Origin: Callorhinchus milii
Lineage: Eukaryota
Assembly (NCBI RefSeq): GCF_018977255.1
Contig: NW_024704743.1
Location: 62,870,001 to 62,934,000 of the forward strand
DNA: 64,000 nucleotides
Direction of reading: 5' to 3'
Position 1 is the first letter of the stretch, and each line of letters opens with the position of its first letter. The notes under the pieces are model-generated. The model saw only the letters and a program-made list of their open reading frames with translations. It was not told the origin of the DNA and ran no database searches. Position numbers and translations under genes: made by a program. This document shows, piece by piece, positions 50,285-61,670 of the stretch.

Positions 50285-52430
50285 CTGCAAAACAAAAACA
50301 CAAATATTATTAGATCATTTTCTCTCTCCCTTCTCTCCCCCTCCTCCCCACACTACAAAATTAGAAGCTGACAAAGCACATTGTAATTACAATGTGAAAT
50401 GCGGTAGCGCCATTTGGATAATTAGATAAAATTAATTTCCTAACACGTTAGCCTGCAGGAAAAACAATTTTACTAGTGTTAGCTCCTGACAATGAAAATC
50501 AGCCAGATTCGTGCTGGATAAACTCTCAGGAGACAAGCAGCTTTGAATGATAAAATTATTTCTGAAATTACGGGGTCATCACATTATACCTTTGGGGATG
50601 TTATCCCTCTCTTTTAATATCCCTTTGGGGATAATTTTCCACTTGGCTTACTCCCACGGTGATTACTGACCTTATTAAAAGACATGCAAAATGATTCAGG
50701 AAACCTTCCTTTTATCAACAACCCGCCCCCCAACCCTCTTTTTTTAAAAAAACACACGAGAAAGAAACTCACAGCTTGAATTTCGACAGAGAAGACTGAT
50801 TGGTACAATTTAAATCACATTCACCATTAAAGAGCTTAATTTAACACTATACATCTTGATTAAAAAAGGTTTATTAATCCCAAATAGAAATAGGAGTACA
50901 GTATTGCCCAGAAAGCTTCTTTACAATAGATCGCCAAACAGATTGCACAAGTTATAGTTTCAGATCACAAAGCCAAAGGTTTGTGTTTATTGCCACAGTC
51001 TCATTCAAAAAGTCGAGTTGAAATGACTCATTAAGATAATTCATTAGAGGTGCAACCACCACACATTCTGTAGTATTTGGTACATTTATTATTATCAGGT
51101 GAGAGTGAACATCTGCGCATCTCTGTGAGTGAGACTCGCCGGGACATCAAAAGCAAACAAAGCAGTTGTCCACAAAATGGGGTCACTTGGCTAGGATTTT
51201 CTTTTATTCCTAAATCATAGAGCATTCGCCTGTGTGTTTCCCATTGCACTTAGTTGACTGCTATCTTGAGCACGACAGTGAATGCGGTCATTACCATCAC
51301 CAAGTTGCTGTTTAAACGAGTGAAATTGCCATTGGCAATTTCTCACTGTGGCCAAATTATTTGTTTATAACACGGGAGGCTTGCTTTGGACGAATGTTAG
51401 AGGCTTACTACTTTCTAATGTGTTCGCTTTAAATCTGACAGGAATTATAAACCTTTTTTTAAAAAAAAATAGACTATTCCCTTGCCATTGCACGCCTGGT
51501 GACAACTCGCTGCCTATTTCCGGATCTCGCCTTTCTGAAAGTTTTTCCAGGTTTCAGTCCTGCACCTGCCGATTTAACACACCCCACAGGAACTTTCTGG
51601 CCAAAATGTGAGACTTTAAAGTGATGCTTTAATCGATCGAAACTATTTCCCGTCTGCATATTTATTTATTTATGTATTTATTTATCTTCTGCTTTGTATC
51701 CTTTCCAGGTGAGAGGAACGGATATTTCAAACAATACAATGACCCAGAGGTAAAAAGATAAAATGCCAGATGGTGAAATGTGCAATTAAAACACAATCGG
51801 CTGGAAATCCACAAATGGAGGAGATAAAACTAAATAGCTTAGCGATTCCTGAACAGAGCCTGAATCTCTCTCTTTCTCTCTCTCTCACACACACATATAT
51901 GCTTCTGGACTTCCTGTGAAATGTCAGTACATTACAGCACTGGGCAATACTCTCTTACCTGCCCTCTCAGTTACACTAAAGAGACTTCTTCTATTCACTC
52001 ACAAATGTTCATTTACACATGCCCATTATTGCGGGTCTGTTCGCTACGGAACTGCAGTTTCATGTTGCATAAAGCTCTGCACTGTTTGACAGATTTCATT
52101 TGCTGATGTAACCCTTAAACAAGTCGGTCTATTTTCATCTCTAGGTAATTGCATGTGTTTAATTGATTTAGACGACCTTCCCTTAGTCGTCCTGCAGCGC
52201 TGACGTTAAATGTTAAATGTAAAATACCAAAATGTTACAAGGTGTTAAATATTTATGCTGGATACATTCATTGATCTTTGAAATTAAAATATGTTTTTAA
52301 ATATATGTTGGGTCTTTTTGAATGGCAATTTTTTGAACAGCAATTTGATCATGGTAATTACAGCACCAGCCGGCATTCTCACTGTTGCCGATTGCGTTGC
52401 ATAAACAGTTTAAACTGAGTCAGGTCTTAC

Positions 52431-53285
52431 CTTAAAAAAGCCCTTACATCCCTCGCAGGTCCTCACCCCATAGTGCTGACAGGCCGCGTTGTCCCCGCAC
52501 ACAGCACACATGCCCTCCCCTGAGGAGGAGCCCCGGCTGGGGGGAGATGGCAGGCTCTGTGGGCTGTGGCTCAGGGGCAAAGGGTGGAAGCCCATGGGCG
52601 AGCCCTTGGCTACATGCAGGGAGTACTGACGAGTGTCCATCACTGACTGTCCAGAAGCGCTCTCAACTCCCATAGGCATGTTCAAGGCAGGTTCGTAGCA
52701 CATCTGGCTGCCGGAGGCTGGAGTGTGAGTGGGAGATTGTTTGAAAGTAAACAGCGGAAACCTCGGTGGTGCTGTCTTCATGGATACATCCATGATGTGG
52801 CCTGTGCCCATGCAAGCCTGGGTCACCGAAGGCAACGTGTGAGCCTCGTCCCACATGGAGCTGTGTGGGGTGGAGAAGTGAGGCGTGGTGGGGGTGGACG
52901 GAGGAGAGTGTTTGAAGTAGATGGAGGTTGGAGGCAGGAGTTCCTGGGTTTGGTGCTGGATGGATGGCTGGTAGCTGTGATGGGGTGCATCTTCCAGTTT
53001 GATCAGGGGTCTGTGGGAGGAGGAGGAGGTGGTGTGCATTTGGTACACACAGGAGGGCTTAAATTCATAGCTGCCCGAGTAGCCTCCCGTCTCCATGAAG
53101 GTGCTGAAGCTGGGAAGCGAAGTTGTGGCTGCTATTTCAGCGCTGCCCAAGTCCATGCCAAACTTCATATAGGGCGACTCCCCGTGCGTTAAATCAGGGC
53201 TGTAGTCCCCACAGTAAGCGTAACTCTGAGCTGCAAAACTGGCACCTTGTGGTGAGGAGCTATATTGGGCCTGCACACAGGGCAT
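52431..53285 (-). CDS. NR4A3: NR4A3 first coding exon (exon 3): AF-1 domain and first zinc finger
   Basis: [14 protein letters not shown]...SPPSTPTTP...[26 protein letters not shown]. Acceptor TTTTCAG|AC-ATG (exon starts 53287), donor AAG|GTAAGA. 855 nt, ends in phase 0. Paralog assigned from NR4A3-type motifs and STX17 synteny. Confidence 0.96.
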
Positions 53286-54541
53286 GTCTGAAAATCAACA
53301 GGAAAAAAACACAGTAATAAAATGATTTGTTAGTACATCACACACAGTCCCGCGTGCTTGCAAATAGCTGGGGCCAGACTATGGTGAGCCACTGACATAC
53401 GCCAAGTCTAGGCTCATCACTGACTGATTTGCTGTTTCCTGTTACTTCATTATCAAGTGAAAATAATCCACTGTCCTTGACAGCTGCAACATTTCTGCCC
53501 GTGATTGGTGTGTGCGCGTGCGTATATAGTTGGTGTTAAACTGGGTGGTACTAGGCAGACAGGCAGGCTGCCCCAAGCTTGGCATGTTTCCGCACGGTGA
53601 GAAGACAGATGAGCTGAGTGTCTCTATGTATGTGTGCCGGGAAGCACAGTGTACAGGGAAGGCTGGCAGTGTATTTGTACACGGGGGGGGGGGGGGAGAA
53701 TGCTTGCTGACTAAGAATGTATGCGCTTTATATCTGCTCCAGTCTGAGTCGAGAGCCGCCAAACACAAACCGAAAGAGAAAGGTACCAAAGTTTGACAGA
53801 CCAATGAGTGAAACATTGACAAAGTAACAAGAGTTAAATATTGACTGAAGGATGACCCAGGTCTACTCTGTGCATTTCTCTGCATATTTTTAATGTTTCT
53901 ATGTACAGACTAGAGGGTACACGCAGGTTTCTATGTACAGAATGTATACACATAGTCTTGCTTTGTAGAGATTGGTGTGAATACACACACTTGTATGTAT
54001 AGACTGGTGTGTACCAGCAGTCTTGCTGTGTACAGGTTGCTGTGCACAAACAGGTTTGTATGTACAGACTGGTGTATACAAACAGGCTCGGTGTGTACAG
54101 ATGTCTGTGTACAGGCAGGTTTGCACCCTAACCTGCGTGTATCATCGTATTTCCCCTCAACCTGGAAGGATGCGCAGATGGGAAAGCTATTCCCATGATC
54201 TCTCCCCGTCCGCGTTCACTGTACGCAGACATTCCCCGTCACCGATACAGCGAACAGGGGATGAGAAGAACAGCAAATACAGTGCAGGCAAATGGGACAA
54301 AAATAGATCAGAGGGATGATAAAAGGTCAAACGAAAAAAAAACACACACACACAAAGGAACTTTCCTCCTCTAACGTCACTTGGAGCCGCACAGCAGGAC
54401 CCCTCCCTGCACCCCACCCCACCCCACTAAACCGCACAGGTTTCCATTATCCGCAGCAGCTGCTGTTACAGGTGTGTTGCAGGTGTGATGCGGGTGCACA
54501 CGGTGTGTGCACACCGGCGGGAGGGTGCGGTGTGTACCCAC

Positions 54542-54691
54542 CTGTGTGTGCTGGGGGAGGGAGGGGTTTGGTCCGCTGAATGTTGGCTCGGGGGGTTGCC
54601 AGAGGCGTGCCCGCTGGGGAGGGGGCTCTGGTGGCCGGGCTGCACTCTGGTGGCTCCGGGCTTCCCTGGGAGAGCTCTTCCGAACCAATAT
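54542..54691 (-). other. NR4A3: NR4A3 non-coding exon 2 (5' UTR)
   Basis: TTGTTGCAG| acceptor and ACAG|GTGGGT donor flank 150 GC-rich nt. Segments CGGAAGAG, AAGCCCGG and CATTCAGCG resemble human NR4A3 exon 2 as I recall it. Confidence 0.75.
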
Positions 54692-54695
54692 CTGC

Positions 54696-54820
54696 AACAA
54701 ACAACAACAACAATAATAATAACGATAACGATAATAATAACGATGATGATGATGATGATGATGATGATGAGAATCGAAGCTCATGCGAATCAAAGGGGAG
54801 AAGAAGAAGAAGAAGAAGAA
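54696..54820. repeat. Compound trinucleotide microsatellite (CAA)(TAA)(GAT)(GAA)
   Basis: Seen directly; abuts the exon 2 acceptor. Confidence 0.9.
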
Positions 54821-54919
54821 AAACATACGCACGAAATCCCCGAACACTGAAATAAATCGGATCGTACAAACACAACCAGAGGGTGAACTGTTTACAACCA
54901 TTTATTATAACAACAACCC

Positions 54920-55003
54920 ACTGACTGACTGACTGACTGACTGACTGACTGCTCAGACAGAGTTGTCACAATTGTTACTCGGCACAAATACAGCTATGTA
55001 TAC

Positions 55004-55039
<36 letters not shown>
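54920..55039. repeat. (GACT)n and (TA)n(CA)n microsatellites
   Basis: Seen directly at about 54920-54950 and 54998-55039. Confidence 0.9.
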
Positions 55040-55898
55040 GTTTATAAACACTACAACGGGACAGGTTCACGTCCCACACAGTCAATGACCTCTCGATGTA
55101 CTCAGAGCCGAGCGGTGAGTGTCGGCGCAGCTGAAACTTGAGTTGGATGAAAAAGTAGTGTCAAACTACCAGAGCTGTCACAGAGCGCCTCTCCCCGTCC
55201 AGACCCCCCCAACCCCCCCACCCCACCCCACACCCCACCCCACCCCACCCCCACACCGGGGGTCCCCGGCTCTCATTGCTCGGTTGCTTGAGGGTCAGGT
55301 CGTTTTAGAGGTGGGGGTGTGGGTGTGGTGTGGGGGGGGGGTGTGGGGGGTGTGGGTGGGGGTGTGGGTGGTTGTGGGTGGGGGGGGTGGGGGGGGGGGT
55401 GTGGGGGTGGGGGGGGGGTGTGGGGGGGGTGGGGGGGGGGTTGGTGAACTGGAGTGAGGGTCGCGCCTGTCTGGTCCCCTCCGGCGATGTGCGGGGCTGT
55501 GGCTGACAGCTCTCCCTTCCCTGCGCCTCTGACATCTCACACATCTCTTACCCTCTCTCTCTCTCTCTCTCTCTCTCCCCCCATCACCATTCCCACATGG
55601 CTCCAAGTCACCCGCAGTCACTGTGAGACACCCCCCCCCCCCCCCCCGACCACCACCACCGCCACCCCCCCGGGGGGTGGGGGGGGGGTCTCAGCACCAC
55701 CGACACAAACCCACCCACCCACCTGCAGCGTTATTCACGGCATCCGATTGAAATGCTCTTCGCTGAGTCCCCACCATTCACGGCAAAGCCATCGGGACCT
55801 GATGGGGTGGAGCTGCAGCGCCCCCTCTCACACCGCATCTCCCCGGTCCCCGGGTCCAAGTGTCAAACTACTTCCCAAAGTTACCAGAAACCGCCCGA

Positions 55899-56393
55899 TC
55901 TCTCTCTCACACTCACTCACACTCACACACTCACACACTCACTCACTCTCACACACACACACACTCACACACTCTCTCACACACACTCTCTCACACACTC
56001 TCTCACACACTCTCTCACACACTCTCTCACACACTCTCTCACACACTCTCACACACACTCTCACACACACTCTCACACTCACTCTCTCACACACTCTCTC
56101 ACACACTCTCTCACACACTCTCTCACACACACTCTCACACACACTCTCACACTCACTCACACTCTCACTCACACTCACACTCTCACTCACACACTCACTC
56201 ACACACTCACTCTCTCACACACTCTCTCACACACTCTCTCACACACTCTCTCACACACACTCTCACACACTCACTCTCACACACTCACTCACACACACTC
56301 ACTCACACACACTCTCTCACACACTCTCTCACACACTCTCTCACACACACTCTCACACACTCACTCTCACACACTCACTCTCACACACTCACA
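55899..56393. repeat. CA/CT compound repeat (core CTCTCACACACT)
   Basis: About 490 bp with no G on the plus strand. Confidence 0.95.
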
Positions 56394-56676
56394 CGGGGAT
56401 CCAGGGCTTGGTCAACAACAACAACAACAAGATTCCAAGAGGCGGGACAACAACAACAACAACAACAACACGCCCGGGGGATAGATATATGCGACTGGAA
56501 AAAGGACTGACCGCGGGGCGAGCGGCTCTGGTGCGTTTATAATAATAATAATAATATTAATATTATTATTACTATACGAAAAATAATCGGAAGCAGAAAA
56601 CGTTTCGAGTTACACTTCGTGGAAGAGGCGAGTCCAGTCCTGAGGGTGTGGGCACCAGGACAGACCCCCCCGACCC

Positions 56677-56903
56677 CCCCCGCCCGGTGCCAGCCTCCCC
56701 CCGCCCGGTGCCAGCCTCTCCCCGCCCGGTGCCAGCCTCCCCCCGCCCGGTGCCAGCCTCTCCCCGCCCGGTGCCAGCCTCCCCCCGCCCGGTGCCAGCC
56801 TCCCCCCGCCCGGTGCCAGCCTCTCCCCGCCCGGTGCCAGCCTCCCCCCCCCGGTGCCAGCCTCCCCCCGCCCGGTGCCAGCCTCCCCCCGCCCGGTGCC
56901 AGC
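56677..56903. repeat. 21-bp GC-rich minisatellite, about 10 copies
   Basis: CCCCGCCCGGTGCCAGCCTC(C/T) in tandem. Confidence 0.95.
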
Positions 56904-59496
56904 GGGACAGCCCCCACAGCGGTGCCGGTGTACCCTCCGGTCGGGCGATTCCCATTTCAATTCCAACCTGAGATGTCACCGCCCGTTGACAGTCAAATGC
57001 ACTCAGATCCACCCGCCGTCTGTGCTCCTCCACCGCAAACTCCGGGGATGATAATATTCGGAGCGAACCGGGAACTGCAGCGAAGCCTTTTCTGCAAAGC
57101 ACCGGTCTGCAATCTCCTGTCCCCGACCCCCCCCCAAACCAGGGCACTGTCTGGGGCATGAAATCCAGCCGGACCCAAGCCCCCGACTGTCCTGGCACTC
57201 ACAAGACCGACATCACTAAACCCTCCGAGGGGGGGGACTCCGAGGCTGAGGTGTGTTGCATCGCATCGTTGTGTGAGCAACAGCCTCTCTCACGGTGACT
57301 TCTCACTGCCACAGTTACTGAGGTGAACTCAGGGCTTCCCGGGGGGGGGGGGGGGGGGGGGGGGCAGAGCGGCAGAGAACAGCCCGGAGCTGAGAAGCTC
57401 TCCCCGACCCGCGCTTCTCTCTCTCTCTCTCACCCGCCTTACACAAGACCAGACCAGAGCAGACCATCTCCCCCCCCCCCACCCCCCACCCCTCAGGCAC
57501 AGACACAGCCATCTGCACCGCTCACTCTGGGTGTGGGTGTGGGTGGGAGCACCGTCTCCGCATTACCTGCTCCCGGAGCTGTCGTGGGGACGATCCGCGC
57601 GTCTTAAATAAAAGTTCTGTTGTATTTTACTACTGACAAAATCCAACTCAGTGTCTTTCTCACACGGCTTGAATGAGAGACCCGGTTGCCCTGCCCTCCC
57701 AGTGGGGCTGCTCTGCACATCATTTCTCCCCGGGATGAATGGTTTAAATCAGTTGGTTACCTAGAGAACAGCCAATGTGTCTTTAAACATCCGTCTTATT
57801 ACATCTCGGATACAGCAGCCCACCGAAAAACACCCGGGGGCGGGGCACACAACCTTCCACTGGTGCAAAACTAGAAGAGGAAAAAGTAGCTACTGGGGGC
57901 AACTTGTTTTCAAGAAAGTGAAACATTCTCGATCCCGACCGCAAAGCTCCTTCTCTCTCTTACTGGAAATCAGAGTTACACCGGCGATTGCCGCCTCGAG
58001 CAATTTAGAGTAGTGACAGAGAAGTCCGAAAAAAGATATCAAACGTTGCTTTAGGTCACTTCAGGGGGAAAGATCCACTGCACCCTGAGGTTGTCCTGGG
58101 ATGGCTGCAGGACCAGCTCTGCCTACACACCACTTGCTCACACACCGAAACAGTGCGAAACGGGATTATGAAACACTCGGGACACTCGGATACATTGAGC
58201 CCTCGGCCACAAGGATAGATCAGGGGCGATGTCTGATTCATTTCAACAAGATGCTAAATAAAGCAGCTTATGTTTAATAGCCGATTAATGCCGCCATCAG
58301 GAATGCAGCCACAGAAATTAAACTATTTGGTACCACGATAACCTATTGAGTGAGCGGTGCTCGGCAACATCATCAGTGCAATCCCACTTGCGACCCTGAT
58401 TTGTGTAACATTTGCAGCAGATCCACAAACTCTGGCCGTGTCATGTCATGTAACGCTTTGCTGTGTGTGTCCCGCTCGGCACCGCGTCCACACACACAAA
58501 CTTTTATCTTTTAACAGCTGACAACTCCAGACTGGGAGGGGGGGGCAGTTGACTTCTTTTTTTGTGACTTCAACAGCTCTTTTTTTTAAAAAAAAAGTGA
58601 GTGTCTTTTGCGGCGTTAAAACCGAAGCGATGCGCGTCTCTCCCAACCCGATGTGCTTTGGGAGCGAGTGAAGCAGCACATGGACACGTTAACGACGCGT
58701 TGCACTGACTGCAGCGGAGGGTTTTGCTTCAGAAAAGTAAAAGTTAACAACAAACCCACATCTGAAAGTGAAACTATTAGGGATCGAAAACAAGTGACAA
58801 AACCCTGGAAAGGAAGGACAGCCGTGGGAGCGGTCACCTCGGAGGGTCGCACGTGTCGGGTCAGTGGAGTGTACAATCAGGATCTCTGGTTATTTCTTAA
58901 CTGGAGCTCCCAAAGCGCAGCAGCGCAGCAGCAGCGGAGCAGCAGCAGAGCAGCAGAGCCCTCCGTGCGGAGTGGTAATCAATATTAATTCTGCTCCGAA
59001 GCGCCGGGTTTCAACTTTATAAACAGGGCCACCGCTCCTACCCTCTCTGCTGCCGTGCGATCGCGGTGCAGCCCAAATAGCCACTAACCAACGGCGCACT
59101 TTCACTGGGGGGGGGGGGGACACGTCTCTGATGATACGCGCCGAGATCTGCGAGACGGATCGCATCCCTCCATCGCCTCTCACCTCACAGCAAAACACCC
59201 CGCCGGCAGCATCACATTACCATGACAACTAACAGAAATACCTTAATACCCGCTGCTCTCCGACTGTCACACTACACGGAGCCGCCGATTTAACCCGTAA
59301 ATTCTCAAGATGCGACGGGGCAAAGGCACCAATGCACACACGCTCCAAAGTGAGATCCAAACCACCGTTAAACAGTCACACGCGAGAGAGAGAGAGAGAA
59401 AAAAAAACCACTCGAGCTCATCGCAGCCACTTCTATGGCTTATGCCCCACACAGTGGCTTTCGGGATGTCCCATTGAGAAACCGATTGATACGTAC

Positions 59497-59800
59497 TTGA
59501 TTGCTGTGACGGTTCCGTCTTTACATGTAATCCAAAAAAAAACACTTCCAAGTTGCGTGTGTCCAGACGGTCCAGAGTCCTCGGTGCGGATTTTACATGT
59601 AAAGTGTTTCTTCTAAAAGAAGTGTGTGGGGGGGGTGGGAAACAAATGACTCCCCGGCCCCTAGGGTTTGGGTGCAGCGCAGATCCGGATCCTTCTCCTT
59701 TGCGAGTTCATTGGAAAGTGTGTAAAACTCTTCCCCCCGGTCTGTCCTCGGCTTGCAATGTGCCTTTGTTTATGTGCAGACAGATAACAGTCCCTGCTGC
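59497..59800 (-). other. NR4A3: NR4A3 non-coding exon 1 (start site approximate)
   Basis: Ends TAAAGACGGAACCGTCACAGCAATCAA|GTACGT, close to the recalled end of human exon 1. Lies just downstream of CATAAATGACGT (59815-59804). Confidence 0.72.
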
Positions 59801-59803
59801 TGA

Positions 59804-60660
59804 ACGTCATTTATGTTCATGTAGGGGAGGTATTTTCCTCCCCTCCTCTCCACCCCCCCACCCCCCCCCCTCCCCGTGCGCGAAAGCTGCGCGCCTATAG
59901 GAGGGACGCCGGCATCTCCATCCAGAGCGGCAGGAATGCAACCGACGTCAATCGTGACGCCGCCGGGGCCGCTCACGTCGTGCGACGTCACGTCTTTCCA
60001 GTTGTGTGTGTGTGTGTGAGTGTGTGTGTGTGTGTGAGAGAGAGAGGTTCACAGACACACACACACAGAGAGAGACAGTCACACACACACACAGAGCCCT
60101 CACCCCCCCCACCCCCCCCCAGTGCTGCTCGGGGCCGCTGACCCCCTCCCCCCTCCCCCCTCTGTCTGTGCTCCTCGCGCCCCCCCATTCATTATCATTC
60201 ATTAACCCGGCGCGCCGCCGCGTCACGGCGCGGAGCCGCCCAATCAGCGGCCGACACCCCTTTGTTTCCCTCCCCCCCCCACTCTTCGCCCTCGCCTGGA
60301 ACACCATCCCGCGCGCCTACGTCACGGCCCCGCCCCTCCCCACCTCCCCCTCCCGCGCGCTGTGTCTGTGTGTGTGTATGTGTGTGTGGGTGTGTGGGGC
60401 CAATCGGTGCGCGCGGCGCCGCCAGACGAGGGCGGGGGAGCCGCGCGCGCGTGAGAGCGCCCCTGCCCTGCTGACGCACGCCATTGACGCAGGCTGCAGC
60501 TAAAATTAGCCCGAGCCGGGGCCGGGCCGGGGCGGGTCCCAGATAGCGACACGCAGCTCATTCATTCTGGGGTTGGGGCGCACCGTCTATTTCGGAAGCT
60601 GCTCCGCGATCCCCCAGTGAAACCAAATATAGTCGTGGCTCGGGTTATTTTTATCCCGCG
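59804..60660 (-). promoter_or_regulatory. NR4A3: NR4A3 proximal promoter / CpG island
   Basis: TATA-like CATAAATGACGT 59804-59815. CRE-like sites 59943-59950, 59955-59962, 59973-59980, 59983-59990. Half-CREs 60221, 60318, 60472, 60485. CCAAT 60240 and 60400. GC box 60328. MEF2 consensus CTAAAATTAG 60500-60509. Dense CpG. NR4A3 is an established CREB-induced immediate-early gene. Confidence 0.85.
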
Positions 60661-61499
60661 GAGGGCCGCGACGCGTTGCTCTTCGCGTTTCGCGAGTACT
60701 CTGGGCTGTTTTTTTTAAAAAAAATAATGAAACGCACAGACACAAATAACCACACACACACACACACACACACTTTGTAAACCCTCTCCCCCAGATCCAT
60801 GTGATGGTTAGTTACTCTTGTCTGGAGTTACGTTAATTCATCACGATGCTGCAGTTGCCCGAAGAACAATAACAGCACTGTATTTAATAGAAGACCGTGG
60901 AAAACTTCGTAATGTATTTGGAAATACACATCTTTTTTGTAATGCATTACATAAACTACACTCAGTAGATGGGGTGGATCCCCCCCCCCCCCCAACCCGT
61001 TCTGGGCTTTTATGTAATGCAGAACAAATCTACATTTATTTCATGAGCCGTGTAACGTTCGGAAATTGAATATAGCAAGAGTTGAGAATTTTCCACACCT
61101 TAAAATTTTGGCTTTAGCAAAAAAAAACCTAGAGACATTCTTTGTAACTTTGCCAATACGCCTTCGCCTTTCGCAGATTTATTACGCATTACGAATTGCG
61201 TACACGTCTCTTTTGTTGTTGCACGTTTAAGTGGAGATGAGTGCATTCGGGGATATTGCTTCATGGCATGTTCCCTCCCCTCTTTGCTGTACGAACGTGG
61301 GAGGATTTTTTTTTGAGCCCTTTCTTTCTTACATACGTGTGTGAAAAAAAAATTGTGAATGCAGCAGTTCCATTACTACGTTAAGGGCCCTGACCATTTT
61401 AAGGGAGAGTCTTATTTATTTAGGAAGCACTGTGGTTTTGGCGAGTCTCACCTCACCGCAGCGACTGAGGCTTTGGCAGGTGACTGAGGTGGTGAACCC

Positions 61500-61670
61500 T
61501 TGTTCCACGTTATAAATAGGGCTCGCGGAAGGGAACGTTCCGATGACGCACATGCGCCGGATTACGTAAAGGGAGCGCGGTCACATCAAAGCGACGCACG
61601 GTGACGCAGGGACGTACCCACGCCACGCGCTCCCTCCCTCCCTCCCCTCCGACTTCCGGGCCCGAGTTGC
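61500..61670. promoter_or_regulatory. Candidate upstream enhancer of NR4A3
   Basis: MEF2 TTATAAATAG 61510-61519, TGACGCA at 61544 and 61602, TTACGTAA 61562-61569, TCF-type ACATCAAAG 61583-61591 and ETS-like CTTCCGG within a 170-bp CpG-rich block. Confidence 0.55.

Noticed and set aside
39736..53285. Assignment as NR4A2 or NR4A1
   Set aside because: [27 protein letters not shown] and EDKF.FCNG, plus the adjacent STX17, favour NR4A3.
56545..56572. AT-only palindrome
   Set aside because: Abutting (AAT)n and (ATT)n microsatellites; low complexity.
55454..57198. Long His/Thr/Leu/Ser and GTGRGEA/RCQPPPA ORFs
   Set aside because: Products of the CA/CT repeat and the 21-bp minisatellite inside NR4A3 intron 1.
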